This document shows positions 39,501 to 47,681 of a stretch of 64,000 nucleotides of DNA, piece by piece. This DNA comes from Candidatus Fermentibacterota bacterium. GTDB taxonomy: Bacteria; Fermentibacterota; Fermentibacteria; Fermentibacterales; JCC-6. Where the stretch lies: contig CAWJQI010000004.1 in the NCBI GenBank assembly GCA_963845085.1, forward strand, positions 224,001 to 288,000, read 5' to 3'. The position numbers and the translations under genes were made by a program. The notes beneath the pieces are model-generated. The model was not told where the DNA came from. It made no database searches and worked only from the letters and a program-made list of their open reading frames with translations. Positions within the stretch are counted from its first letter, which is position 1. Every line of letters begins with the position of its first letter.

Positions 39501-39534
39501 TGCCCCGGGGGCGTCTGAGAACAAGGTCGATCAA
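36493..39534 (-). CDS. RND efflux permease (AcrB family)
   Basis: About 1013 aa; GLLVDGAVVV, GIAVNNSILLVD, RLRPVLQTT. Confidence 0.93.
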   Translation of the reverse strand: MIDLVLRRPRGTAMAYIALLGLAVVSVFRIPVEGTPDTTLPSLSVSTTWAGADPEAVCEQVTRPIEEAARQVGGVEEVSSTSMLGASTVTVSFAKGTDMDVVAMELTERISMIRRELPATVQPSQITQSVPREMESEGFLVYSLIGAERPVLKQLSEDVIVPALERVDGVSSVIVEGLGSEEIIIDIDLEALKACDLTLAQVVYAIRSGIVDRNVGVVADSSGIEAVLRVSSVPGVPSGIETIPLAYRGGRFVTIGDISHGVSVSYSDQTGAVFRYNGLDQVSLQVDRSPGSNAVATARRVFDRVESLQESLPAGVEIDLTEDGTEGIVKDLNSLSWRALLSVVLITLVLLLLNPSPMTTPLVLSSILFSAAMAVTAVFLAGYTINVLTLSALAIAFGLLVDGAVVVIEAIAYRRRQGMPPMQAALVGAAEVKVPIMGGILTTLVALVPLLASEGVLRLYYKPFAFTVAATLMASYVVCLSLVPSIAGHRGKSDWYKERLWDRTLARWVSMLHHRPWLVLNSTILLVCASIYVLIAKVEHGETWNFGGWQRNIVYVSFEFPPGTPQDIVDGVARQFEEIMAGREGVTASRTYVWGESASIWSEFEDEALESGLALQVEAEAMALATAIGGASTIFAGGISPEGYWRTTTSAGMMQTIEIRGYDYQGLKNIALSIEALLSSHPRIQDVDINFSRREMNRDQLVVVFDRQELADLGLNPVQLLQAFAYNFAGGYGGQVRVGDTSLDLSFRLEGRENPDLADVLGSGVRTSGGTIRLGDVVEIDTLSVQGSIARENGEYLRTIAYSFMGAERMAARFRTTLLESLELPSGYRVYEDTDWLPEWLRRDEGADMNLLVVLAILAVFAVTAIIFESLSAPLWVLAVVPMALVGVVAGFWAFGRVFSPEAYVGSVFLVGIAVNNSILLVDSYVKKEKEGIPVKTAVDMVVQERLRPVLQTTATTIVGLLPLVLWPISGQDLWGTLSFTVVCGMVVSTPLVLVALPALIQVTSRRRRNEKV

Positions 39535-42500
39535 CGCCGGCCTTCCCTGAACAGGCTGTAGAGGATGGGAACAACGACAAGTGTGAGCAGTGTGGCAACC
39601 ATGATCCCCCCGATGACCGCCACGGCCAGGGGTTTTCTGAGGGCAGCGCCCGCACCGAGCCCGAGGGCCATGGGCAAAAGACCGAGGACGGTCGTGGCAG
39701 TGGTCATCAGAACCGGCCTGAACCTGTCGCGGCCCGCGCCGAGAATGGCGTCGTGGGTGGAATCCCCCTGCCTGCGAAGCTGGCTGATGCGCTCAACAAG
39801 AAGAATGCCGTCGTTCACCACGATCCCGGAAAGGATCACCAGCCCGATCCCGGACAGGGCGTTCCAGCTCTGGCCCGTGACGGCGAGAGCGAGAACCACG
39901 CCGATCACGCCAAGGGGTACGGTGAACATTATTATGAACGGCTCAATGAAATTCTCGAACTGCACCGCCAGAAGAACGTAAACCAGGGCGATGGCAAGCA
40001 CTGCGGCAAGCAGCAGGCTGGAGACGGTCCTGTCCATCTCCTCGATCTCGGGGCCGATGCGCAGCCTGACCGGCATGCCGGAGAGCACTGTGCCCGAAAG
40101 CCTTCTGACGCGCTCGGAGGTGCCCGCCATGTTGGCGCCCCCTCCGGCCACGGCGACTGCCACAGCCCGGTTGCCCTGGTAGTGTTCAATGAAACCGGGG
40201 GTGTCGCGAACGGCAGAGGATACGAGCCTGGAAAGCTGCACCAGGCCCCCCTCCGTTGGCATTGCCCGCGCAAGCAGAGAATCGAGGCGGATGCCTTCGC
40301 CCCTGTCCCCCAGCACGACCACGTCAACCCGCTCGTCCTGACGGTAGTAGGTGGTGGCGTTGAGTCCCCGCGAAAGGCTTTCAATAAAGTCCGCAACCTC
40401 GCCGATCGACAGCCCGAGCAGGGTGAGCAGTTCCTGGTCGGGAGTGAGGACTATCTCGGGTTTGCCCGGAAGGTACTGCACATCCGCACCCACCACTCCG
40501 GGAACATCCCTGATCACAGCAGCGGACAGTTCCTCGGCTGCGGCGAGGGTTATATCCAGGTTGTCACCCTCGAGAAAGACGGTAAATCCGCTTCCACCGC
40601 CAAGTATCTGCCCAAGAAGACCTTCCCTGACTGATACCTGAAGCGGGAAACTGAAGAGGGCATTCCATGAGTCCCTGATCGGACCCACGGCCTCCAGTGC
40701 CTCCCCCGAGTTCCGGTAGTAGGACGTGAGAAGTGCGTCAACACCCTCCTCGGCCCTCACGCCGACACGACCGCTCGTCCATTCGGCCCCGGAAAGGGCG
40801 GCCACCTCCTCTGCCGTTTCGGAAAGCTGCACGAGGCGATCCATCGACGTGCCCTCATCAGCACTGAACGAAAGCTCAAGCTGGTTCTCGGGCACCTCGG
40901 GCAGAAGCTGCATGGGCAGGAGTACGGCGCCCACGAGTGCAACGGCGGTTGCAGCGATTGTGGCGGTCAGAATGGTCCGGCGCCTTTTCAGGGCCTTCTC
41001 AAGGAACCGGCAGTACCAGTCCTTCAGGGAGGCAGTCACATCCTTCGAGGGGCCGGCATTGCCGATCCTGGCGGCGAGGGCGGGGATCACGGTGACGGCA
41101 ACGAGCAGGCTCGCCATGAGGGCGGAACCCACCGCAAGGGCCTGATCCCGGAAGAGCTGGCTGGTTATGCCTTCCATGTAGACAACGGGGAAGAACACGA
41201 CCACCGTCGTGAGAGTGCTTGCCACAATGGCCTGTCCGACCTCGTTCGTTCCGGTGATCGCCGAGGAATGCCGCCCTTCGCCGAGCTCGCGGCGCCTGTA
41301 AATCGCCTCGAGCACAACAACGGCGTTGTCCACCAGCAGACCCGAACCCAGCGCCAGCCCGCCCAGGCTCATGATGTTGACAGTCACTCCCGCGATGTAA
41401 AGGAAGAAAAGGGAGATCGCGATGCTCAGTGGAATTGAAATCCCGAGCACCAGCGGGCTCTTCCAGTCACGCAGGAAAAGGAACAGGATTCCGAAGGCCA
41501 GGAGACCTCCGAAGATGAGCGCTTCGACGACGCCGCCTATCGACTCGCGGATGAAGCCCGCATCGTTCTGAATCACCGACAGTGACAGTTCGGGGTAGGC
41601 GAGGGAGAGGTCTTCCATGAGGCCCTCGACACTGGCTGACACATCGACGGTGTTGGCCTCGGCCATTTTTCTGACGCGGAGGATGATGGCACGCCTGCCG
41701 TTGTAGCTGGCCCACTCGGAAGGAGGCCTCTCATCGAGGTAGACCTCGGCCACATCGCCGAGCAGAAGCGGCGAAGATCCGAGCGACCCGATCACGGTGT
41801 TCTCGACATCCTCGAGTGTTTCGAACTCGCCCTGAAGGGAGAGGAAAAACTCCTTCTGGCCGTCGAGGACCTCGCCTCCGCCACCCATGATGGCATTGGC
41901 CCCGGCAAGGGCTGCACTGATCATCGAGGGGTCGAGGCCGAGCTCCTCCATCACCCCGGGACGAAGCCTTACGAAAACGGCCGGGTCGGCACCGCCGTCG
42001 ACAGTAACGGATGCGACCCCGTCTGCCTGTTCGAGACGCGCAGTCACAACGCGGCGGGCAAAATCGGTTATGTCGGTCCAGGAGCCGTCCATCGTCAGGA
42101 GGATCTCCATGAAGGGGCGGGAGGAGGGGTCGTAGTCGACCATCGTGGGCCGGCCCGTACCATCGGGCAGCGACCAGCTCGCGATGTCGAGCTTCTCGCG
42201 CACCTCCAGCCTTGTGAAGTCCATGTTGGTGCCCCACTCGAACTCAAGTGTGATGCGGCTCATGTCGCCGTAGGAGCGCGATGTGTAGGACCGCAGCCCT
42301 CTTACGCCGGCCAGCGCGTCTTCGAGGGGGTCGGTCACAAGCCTTTCCACTTCGAAGGGGCTCGACGAAGGGTATGTGGTTTCAATCGTGAGCCGCGGGT
42401 ACTCGACTGAGGGCAGAAGGTCCACCGGCATTCGGATCACGGCTACGGCACCCAGCACAGCGGCCACAAGGGAAAGAACGGTCACCGCCACGGGGCGGGA

Positions 42501-42539
42501 AACGGCGGATCCGGTCAGCTTCAAAATCCCTCCCTTCAA
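39531..42539 (-). CDS. RND efflux permease (AcrB family)
   Basis: RPVAV, NIMSLGGLAL, GLLVDNAVVV, RFRPVLMTT. Confidence 0.94.
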   Translation of the reverse strand: MKGGILKLTGSAVSRPVAVTVLSLVAAVLGAVAVIRMPVDLLPSVEYPRLTIETTYPSSSPFEVERLVTDPLEDALAGVRGLRSYTSRSYGDMSRITLEFEWGTNMDFTRLEVREKLDIASWSLPDGTGRPTMVDYDPSSRPFMEILLTMDGSWTDITDFARRVVTARLEQADGVASVTVDGGADPAVFVRLRPGVMEELGLDPSMISAALAGANAIMGGGGEVLDGQKEFFLSLQGEFETLEDVENTVIGSLGSSPLLLGDVAEVYLDERPPSEWASYNGRRAIILRVRKMAEANTVDVSASVEGLMEDLSLAYPELSLSVIQNDAGFIRESIGGVVEALIFGGLLAFGILFLFLRDWKSPLVLGISIPLSIAISLFFLYIAGVTVNIMSLGGLALGSGLLVDNAVVVLEAIYRRRELGEGRHSSAITGTNEVGQAIVASTLTTVVVFFPVVYMEGITSQLFRDQALAVGSALMASLLVAVTVIPALAARIGNAGPSKDVTASLKDWYCRFLEKALKRRRTILTATIAATAVALVGAVLLPMQLLPEVPENQLELSFSADEGTSMDRLVQLSETAEEVAALSGAEWTSGRVGVRAEEGVDALLTSYYRNSGEALEAVGPIRDSWNALFSFPLQVSVREGLLGQILGGGSGFTVFLEGDNLDITLAAAEELSAAVIRDVPGVVGADVQYLPGKPEIVLTPDQELLTLLGLSIGEVADFIESLSRGLNATTYYRQDERVDVVVLGDRGEGIRLDSLLARAMPTEGGLVQLSRLVSSAVRDTPGFIEHYQGNRAVAVAVAGGGANMAGTSERVRRLSGTVLSGMPVRLRIGPEIEEMDRTVSSLLLAAVLAIALVYVLLAVQFENFIEPFIIMFTVPLGVIGVVLALAVTGQSWNALSGIGLVILSGIVVNDGILLVERISQLRRQGDSTHDAILGAGRDRFRPVLMTTATTVLGLLPMALGLGAGAALRKPLAVAVIGGIMVATLLTLVVVPILYSLFREGRR

Positions 42540-42588
42540 GGCGGAACAAGTATTTCCCGAAAGCTAATAAAAACCGGAGGAACAGCGC

Positions 42589-42622
42589 AAACCGGCAGAT
42601 GCTTATCGGCGTATTGCCGGTT
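42589..42622. terminator. Hairpin between the oligopeptidase B gene and the RND operon
   Basis: AACCGGCAGATGC..GCGTATTGCCGGTT imperfect inverted repeat. Confidence 0.4.
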
Positions 42623-42692
42623 GATTATGGACCTATCCGATTATTAATACTGCCAAATACCGATGCCCTGGCGAAAACCGCCCCGCCCCGTT

Positions 42693-44762
42693 CTATTCCG
42701 GTCCCTCTCCGGCCGTGGTGATAAGAAAGGCGTACTGGTTTGCGAGGTCGGAAAGCCAGGAATACCTGCCCGAGGAACCTCCGTGGCCGGCCCCCATATT
42801 TGTGATAAAGAGGAGCGGCTCACTTCCGGTACCCTCGTGGCGCATAGCGGCCACCCACTTGGCCGGTTCCCAGTAACCGACCTGGGAGTCGTAAAGACCG
42901 GCGGTCACGAGCATTGCGGGGTAATCCACCGGGGCGACGTTGTCATACGGGGAGTACGAGAGCATGTAGTCGTAAAAGACCGGATCGGCGGGATTTCCCC
43001 ACTCGCTGTACTCGTTGGTGGTGAGGGGGATAGTCTCATCCATCATCGTTGTGACCACATCGACGAAAGGCACCCCCGCAACCAGCCCCCGCCAGAGGTC
43101 CGGGCGCATGTTCGCGACCGCCCCGATCAGAAGCCCGCCGGCCGACTCACCCATTGCGAAAACCCTGTTCGGATCGCACCAGCCCTCGGCGACAAGATAC
43201 TCGGCGCACGCAATGAAATCGGTGAACGTGTTCCTCTTCGAGAGAAGCCTTCCGTCCAGATACCACCTTCGTCCGAGTTCCTGCCCTCCCCTGACGTGTG
43301 CGATGGCCGATACGAAGCCCCGGTCGAGCAGGCTGAGCATGCTCGAACTGAACATGGGGTCGTTGCTGTATCCGTATGCTCCGTAGCCGTACAGAAGAAG
43401 GGGGTTCCCACCGGGAGTGAGCAGATCCTTCCTGTACACCAGGGAAACGGGAACCATCTCGCCGTCATCAGCGGGAGCCATCAGCCACTCCGTGCCGTAA
43501 AGGGATGGATCGTAACCGATCACCTCGTCGGTCTTCAGGAACGTGAGCTCCCCTGTGGCCAGATCACAGGAAACCGTTGACCAGGGAGTTACGAGTGATG
43601 AGAACTCGAAGCGGAAGGAAGAGGCATCGAAGACCCGGTTGGATGACGGGTAAAGCGATGCAGGCTCGTCGGGCAGTGCAACCCTCGACCACTCCCCGTC
43701 GGGCAGACCGAGGATCCTGATACCCTGCCTTCCTTCAACCCTGTCCATGAGAACGAGGTGGTTACGGAAACCGTGGATGCCCTCCAGCAGTATTTCAGGG
43801 TCGTTCGGAAGCACGGGCACCGGTTCTTCGCCCGAGAACGGAAGGGTTCGGAGCAGCCTGAAGTTCATTGCAGAGCCGTTGGTCAGTATGAAGAGCGAAT
43901 CGCCCGCGAACTCGATGGAGTAGAGCACTCCGGTCTGTCTCGTAAACACCGGTTCCGGAGGAGCCTGCGGATCAGTGGCCGGGATGAGCCAGAACTCGGA
44001 GGTGTCGGTGCTCTCGGTACCTATGATTATCCATTCCCTGTCGGTTGACTCGTACATCCATGGCCAGAACGTCGAATCAGCCTCAACGAAGACCTGATCG
44101 GACGGGCAGCCCGAGCCCAGCGTGTATCTCGCAAATCCCGCGGTCCGCCGGGTATCGTCCTGAAAACCATAGAAAAAGGTTCGGCTGTCGGCGCCCCACG
44201 CCATGTCACTGCTGGTGTCGTCGAGGGTGTCGGGGAGAAAGGCGCCCGACCTCGTGTCGAGGAAAACGGTCATTCCCCTGTGATCACCGAGCGTGTCGAT
44301 GCACAGGGCCACCAGCGCGCCGTCGGAGCTCACGCTCATGCCCTCGAGCGAGAAGTACTCCCTTTCCCCCGCAAGCTCATTCATGTCAAAGAGCACACTT
44401 TCCGCGCCGTCAGGCGCCCCCTGGCGCCGGAAATAAACGGGATACTCGGCTCCGGCCTCGTATCGGGTGCCGTACCACCAGCCGTCGAGCTCCCAGGGCA
44501 CCGAGGCATCCTCGTTGGGCAGCCTGGCGGCCATCTCCTCGTAGAGCGCCTCCCTCATGTCGCCGGATGCCGCGAAGAAGGCTTCCGCATATTCATTCTC
44601 GGCCTCGAGGTATTCGATTATTCCGGTTTCGCTGCCGTCGCGGAGCCAGTAATAGTGGTCGGTTCTGACACCGAACGGTGATACGACATCGTGCGCGATG
44701 CGGGGGGCGACAGGGGGAGTCGGCATTGTGTAAAGAAAGACAAGGGCGGTGAACAGGAACAT
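42693..44762 (-). CDS. ptrB: Oligopeptidase B (S9A)
   Basis: DHYYWLRD, YGYGAYG, GESAGG, DSQVGYWEPAKW, AGHGG; AGGAGG RBS. Confidence 0.92.
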   Translation of the reverse strand: MFLFTALVFLYTMPTPPVAPRIAHDVVSPFGVRTDHYYWLRDGSETGIIEYLEAENEYAEAFFAASGDMREALYEEMAARLPNEDASVPWELDGWWYGTRYEAGAEYPVYFRRQGAPDGAESVLFDMNELAGEREYFSLEGMSVSSDGALVALCIDTLGDHRGMTVFLDTRSGAFLPDTLDDTSSDMAWGADSRTFFYGFQDDTRRTAGFARYTLGSGCPSDQVFVEADSTFWPWMYESTDREWIIIGTESTDTSEFWLIPATDPQAPPEPVFTRQTGVLYSIEFAGDSLFILTNGSAMNFRLLRTLPFSGEEPVPVLPNDPEILLEGIHGFRNHLVLMDRVEGRQGIRILGLPDGEWSRVALPDEPASLYPSSNRVFDASSFRFEFSSLVTPWSTVSCDLATGELTFLKTDEVIGYDPSLYGTEWLMAPADDGEMVPVSLVYRKDLLTPGGNPLLLYGYGAYGYSNDPMFSSSMLSLLDRGFVSAIAHVRGGQELGRRWYLDGRLLSKRNTFTDFIACAEYLVAEGWCDPNRVFAMGESAGGLLIGAVANMRPDLWRGLVAGVPFVDVVTTMMDETIPLTTNEYSEWGNPADPVFYDYMLSYSPYDNVAPVDYPAMLVTAGLYDSQVGYWEPAKWVAAMRHEGTGSEPLLFITNMGAGHGGSSGRYSWLSDLANQYAFLITTAGEGPE

Positions 44763-44850
44763 CGTTTCCTCCTAATAAAGCAAAAGAACGGTACGCTGTT
44801 TTGCAGGGAATATATGGGGCGCGGCATGGCGCCATCCCCCGCGTCGGGGT

Positions 44851-44879
44851 TTGCGTGGAACGCGTTTTGCCGGTATACT
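44851..44879 (+). promoter_or_regulatory. Sigma70-type promoter for the ferredoxin/AOR operon
   Basis: TTGCGT-N17-TATACT. Confidence 0.5.
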
Positions 44880-44985
44880 TTTGCGATACATCAAGGCTAT
44901 TTGAGCTTTCAACCGCACCCGGGCCTGCCCGGGCACGGATTGCGCTGTGCAAAAAAAGCGCGATATGAACAGGAGGTTCACAACA

Positions 44986-45447
44986 GTGATCAAGTACCTG
45001 AAACTGCACGATGAAAAGTGCGTTGGCTGCCTGAACTGCGTCGCCACTTGCTCGCGCCTGTACTTCAAGCAGGAGGACCCAGCCAAGTCAAGGATACAGG
45101 TCCTTCCCATGGGACCCGGCACGCACCACATCGTGGCATGCGACCAGGAGTGCCGCAGGTGCGTAATGGAGTGCCCGACGCAGGCCATAACCGTCAACGC
45201 ACAGGGTGTTGTGATGATCAACGGCAAACTGTGCGTGGGCTGCCTCGCGTGCGTGGCGGTCTGCCCCATCGGCGCGATGCGCTACTTCCCGGGCGATCCC
45301 ACCCCCTTCAAGTGCATAGCGTGCGGAGCATGCGTCAAGACCTGTCCTTCGGATGCGCTCGAGATCGCCGAGAAGGACGAAAGCCCGGCCTCCCGACTTC
45401 CCTTCGAGCTGGCCGAAGCGGCGAGAAGGAAGGAGGTCACGAAATGA
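44986..45447 (+). CDS. 4Fe-4S multicluster electron-transfer protein
   Basis: CVGCLNCVATC, CRRCVMECP, CVGCLACVAVCP, CIACGACVKTCP; AGGAGG RBS before GTG 44986. Confidence 0.92.
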   Translation: MIKYLKLHDEKCVGCLNCVATCSRLYFKQEDPAKSRIQVLPMGPGTHHIVACDQECRRCVMECPTQAITVNAQGVVMINGKLCVGCLACVAVCPIGAMRYFPGDPTPFKCIACGACVKTCPSDALEIAEKDESPASRLPFELAEAARRKEVTK

Positions 45448-47609
45448 GCACATGGAACAGGAAGGACTTCAGGCTTCTCGGCGAGTACAGGTTCGAGACC
45501 AGGGCGGTCGTTCGCGGCTATGCGATGCGCACCCTCCATGTTGACGTTGGTTCGAGGAAGGTGACCGAGAAGCCGGTTTCCGAGGACATGAAAAAGCGCT
45601 TCACGGGAGGAAAGGGATTCGGTCTCAAGCTTCTCTGGGACGCGACCGGCCCCCAAACCAGGTGGAACGACCCCGAGAACGAAATAGTGATCGGCGTCGG
45701 CCCCATCGGTGGAAACACCAACTACCCGGGCTCGGGCAAGAGCCTCGTTGTAAGCCTTTCACCCATGACCGGCGTGCCCATCGACTCGAATGTAGGCGGC
45801 TTCTTCGGCCCCTATCTCAAGTTCGGCGGCTGGGACGCCATGGAGATCCAGGGCAAGGCCGACCTCGAAACTATCGTCTTCATCGATTCAAATGAAGGCA
45901 CCGTGCAGTTCTACGAAGCCCCGGCGGGGCTCCAGTACGATACCCACCTCATGGCCGAGGAACTCACCCACGCATTTGCACGGGATGAGAAGGACCTGCA
46001 GTCGGTCTCCGTGGTGAGCGCGGGACGCGGTGCCGACCACTCCCCGATGGGCATCCTCAACTTCAGCCTTTACGACAAGAGACGCCAGGGCATCCGCGTG
46101 AAGCAGGCCGGGCGTGGCGGAATAGGAACCGTTCTGCGCGACAAGAAGATCCGGGCCCTGATCTGCCGTTTCAGCGGCGTCGGGCCGAACCTCAACAACG
46201 CGGCCGACCCTGCCGAGATCCAGCGCATCGGCCTCAAGCTGCACCGCGAGATAGTCGTGAACGACGACGCCCAGTGCAAGATGAGGAAGCAGGGAACCGC
46301 GCATCTCATGGAGATCATGAACGCGTACGACCTCCTTCCGACCAAGAACCACAAATACGGCCAGGACTCCCAGTGCGACGGCATAGCGAGCTGGGTCTGG
46401 GAAAAGCTGTTCAGCCAGAACCTGCCCGACGGCTGCTGGTACGGCTGCACCATGGCATGCGCTCACGCGGTCGATCATTTCGAGCTCCAAACCGGCCCCT
46501 ACAAGGGTTCAAAGGTCTGTGTCGACGGCCCCGAGTATGAAACCGCGGCAGGCGTTGGCAGCAATCTCTACGTCTACGATCCGCACGGCATTCTTGAACT
46601 GAACTTCTACTGCGACACCTACGGAATCGACACCATCAGCTTCGGAACCATGACGGGCTTCCTCATGGAATGCTGGGAGCTCGGAGTGCTGAACGCCGAG
46701 AGAACCGACGGCATCGACCTCTCGTGGGGCAACTGGAAGGGCGCCGCCCAGATCCTGCACGACATGGCGGACGGCAAGCGTTTCGGAGTGCTCGCCGGCA
46801 GGGGAGTGAAGGTTCTTGCCGAGCATTTCGCCAGGGAGTACGGCGCCGACGCCCAGCTCATGAAGGACATCGCCCTTCACGGCAAGGGCCTCGAGCAGTC
46901 CGAGTACATCTCGAAGGAATCGCTCGCGCAGCAGGGCGGCTACTACCTCACCAACAAGGGCCCCCAGCACGATGAAGCCTGGCTCATCTTCATGGACATG
47001 GTGAACAACCACATCCCTACATTCGAAAAGAAGGCGGAAGCTCTCCACTACTTCCCGATGTTCCGGACCTGGTTCGGTCTGCAGGGGCTGTGCAAGCTCC
47101 CCTGGAACGACGTCGAGCCGGCCGACAACTCGAAGCACCCCGAGCCCAACAAGGTGCCCGAACATGTCGGGAACTACATGAAGCTCTACACCGCCGTCAC
47201 GGGTGAACCGCTCACCTGGGATGACCTCATCAGGCAGAGCGAGCGGGTCTACAACTTCCAGCGCACCTTCAACGTGCGCCAGGGGTACGGCCACAGGAAG
47301 GACGATTACCCTGCGTACAGGGCAATGGGACCCGTATTCGAGGACGAGTACCTGGCCCGCGAGGAACGCTACGACAAGCAGATGAAGGAGAAGATCGGCA
47401 TCGATCCCGAGGGGAAGAGCCTGACCGAGAAGGTCAGGATCACAAGGGAATACAGGATGGGACAGTACAACTCCCTCATCGACGCTGTTTTCAAGAGGCG
47501 CGGCTGGACGTCCGACGGCTGCCCCACCCCGGAGCACATGAAGGAAATAGGCATGGACCTCCCCGAAGTGCTCGAGGTAATAAACGCAAGGATCGCCGGC
47601 AGGGCGTGA
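45444..47609 (+). CDS. Aldehyde:ferredoxin oxidoreductase family (tungsto/molybdopterin)
   Basis: DSNVGG, AGRGGIG, GCWYGCTMAC, DGPEYET, CDTYGIDTIS, RRGW..G.PT; ATGA overlap at 45444. Confidence 0.92.
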   Translation: MSTWNRKDFRLLGEYRFETRAVVRGYAMRTLHVDVGSRKVTEKPVSEDMKKRFTGGKGFGLKLLWDATGPQTRWNDPENEIVIGVGPIGGNTNYPGSGKSLVVSLSPMTGVPIDSNVGGFFGPYLKFGGWDAMEIQGKADLETIVFIDSNEGTVQFYEAPAGLQYDTHLMAEELTHAFARDEKDLQSVSVVSAGRGADHSPMGILNFSLYDKRRQGIRVKQAGRGGIGTVLRDKKIRALICRFSGVGPNLNNAADPAEIQRIGLKLHREIVVNDDAQCKMRKQGTAHLMEIMNAYDLLPTKNHKYGQDSQCDGIASWVWEKLFSQNLPDGCWYGCTMACAHAVDHFELQTGPYKGSKVCVDGPEYETAAGVGSNLYVYDPHGILELNFYCDTYGIDTISFGTMTGFLMECWELGVLNAERTDGIDLSWGNWKGAAQILHDMADGKRFGVLAGRGVKVLAEHFAREYGADAQLMKDIALHGKGLEQSEYISKESLAQQGGYYLTNKGPQHDEAWLIFMDMVNNHIPTFEKKAEALHYFPMFRTWFGLQGLCKLPWNDVEPADNSKHPEPNKVPEHVGNYMKLYTAVTGEPLTWDDLIRQSERVYNFQRTFNVRQGYGHRKDDYPAYRAMGPVFEDEYLAREERYDKQMKEKIGIDPEGKSLTEKVRITREYRMGQYNSLIDAVFKRRGWTSDGCPTPEHMKEIGMDLPEVLEVINARIAGRA

Positions 47610-47615
47610 CAGATA

Positions 47616-47650
47616 CGTGACGGCGGCTCCCTGTCGGGGCCGCCGTCACG
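47616..47650. terminator. GC-rich hairpin between convergent genes
   Basis: CGTGACGGCGGCTCC-ctgtc-GGGGCCGCCGTCACG. Confidence 0.65.
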
Positions 47651-47681
47651 CTCGCTCTTCCATGGCGCAAGGATCAGAGTT

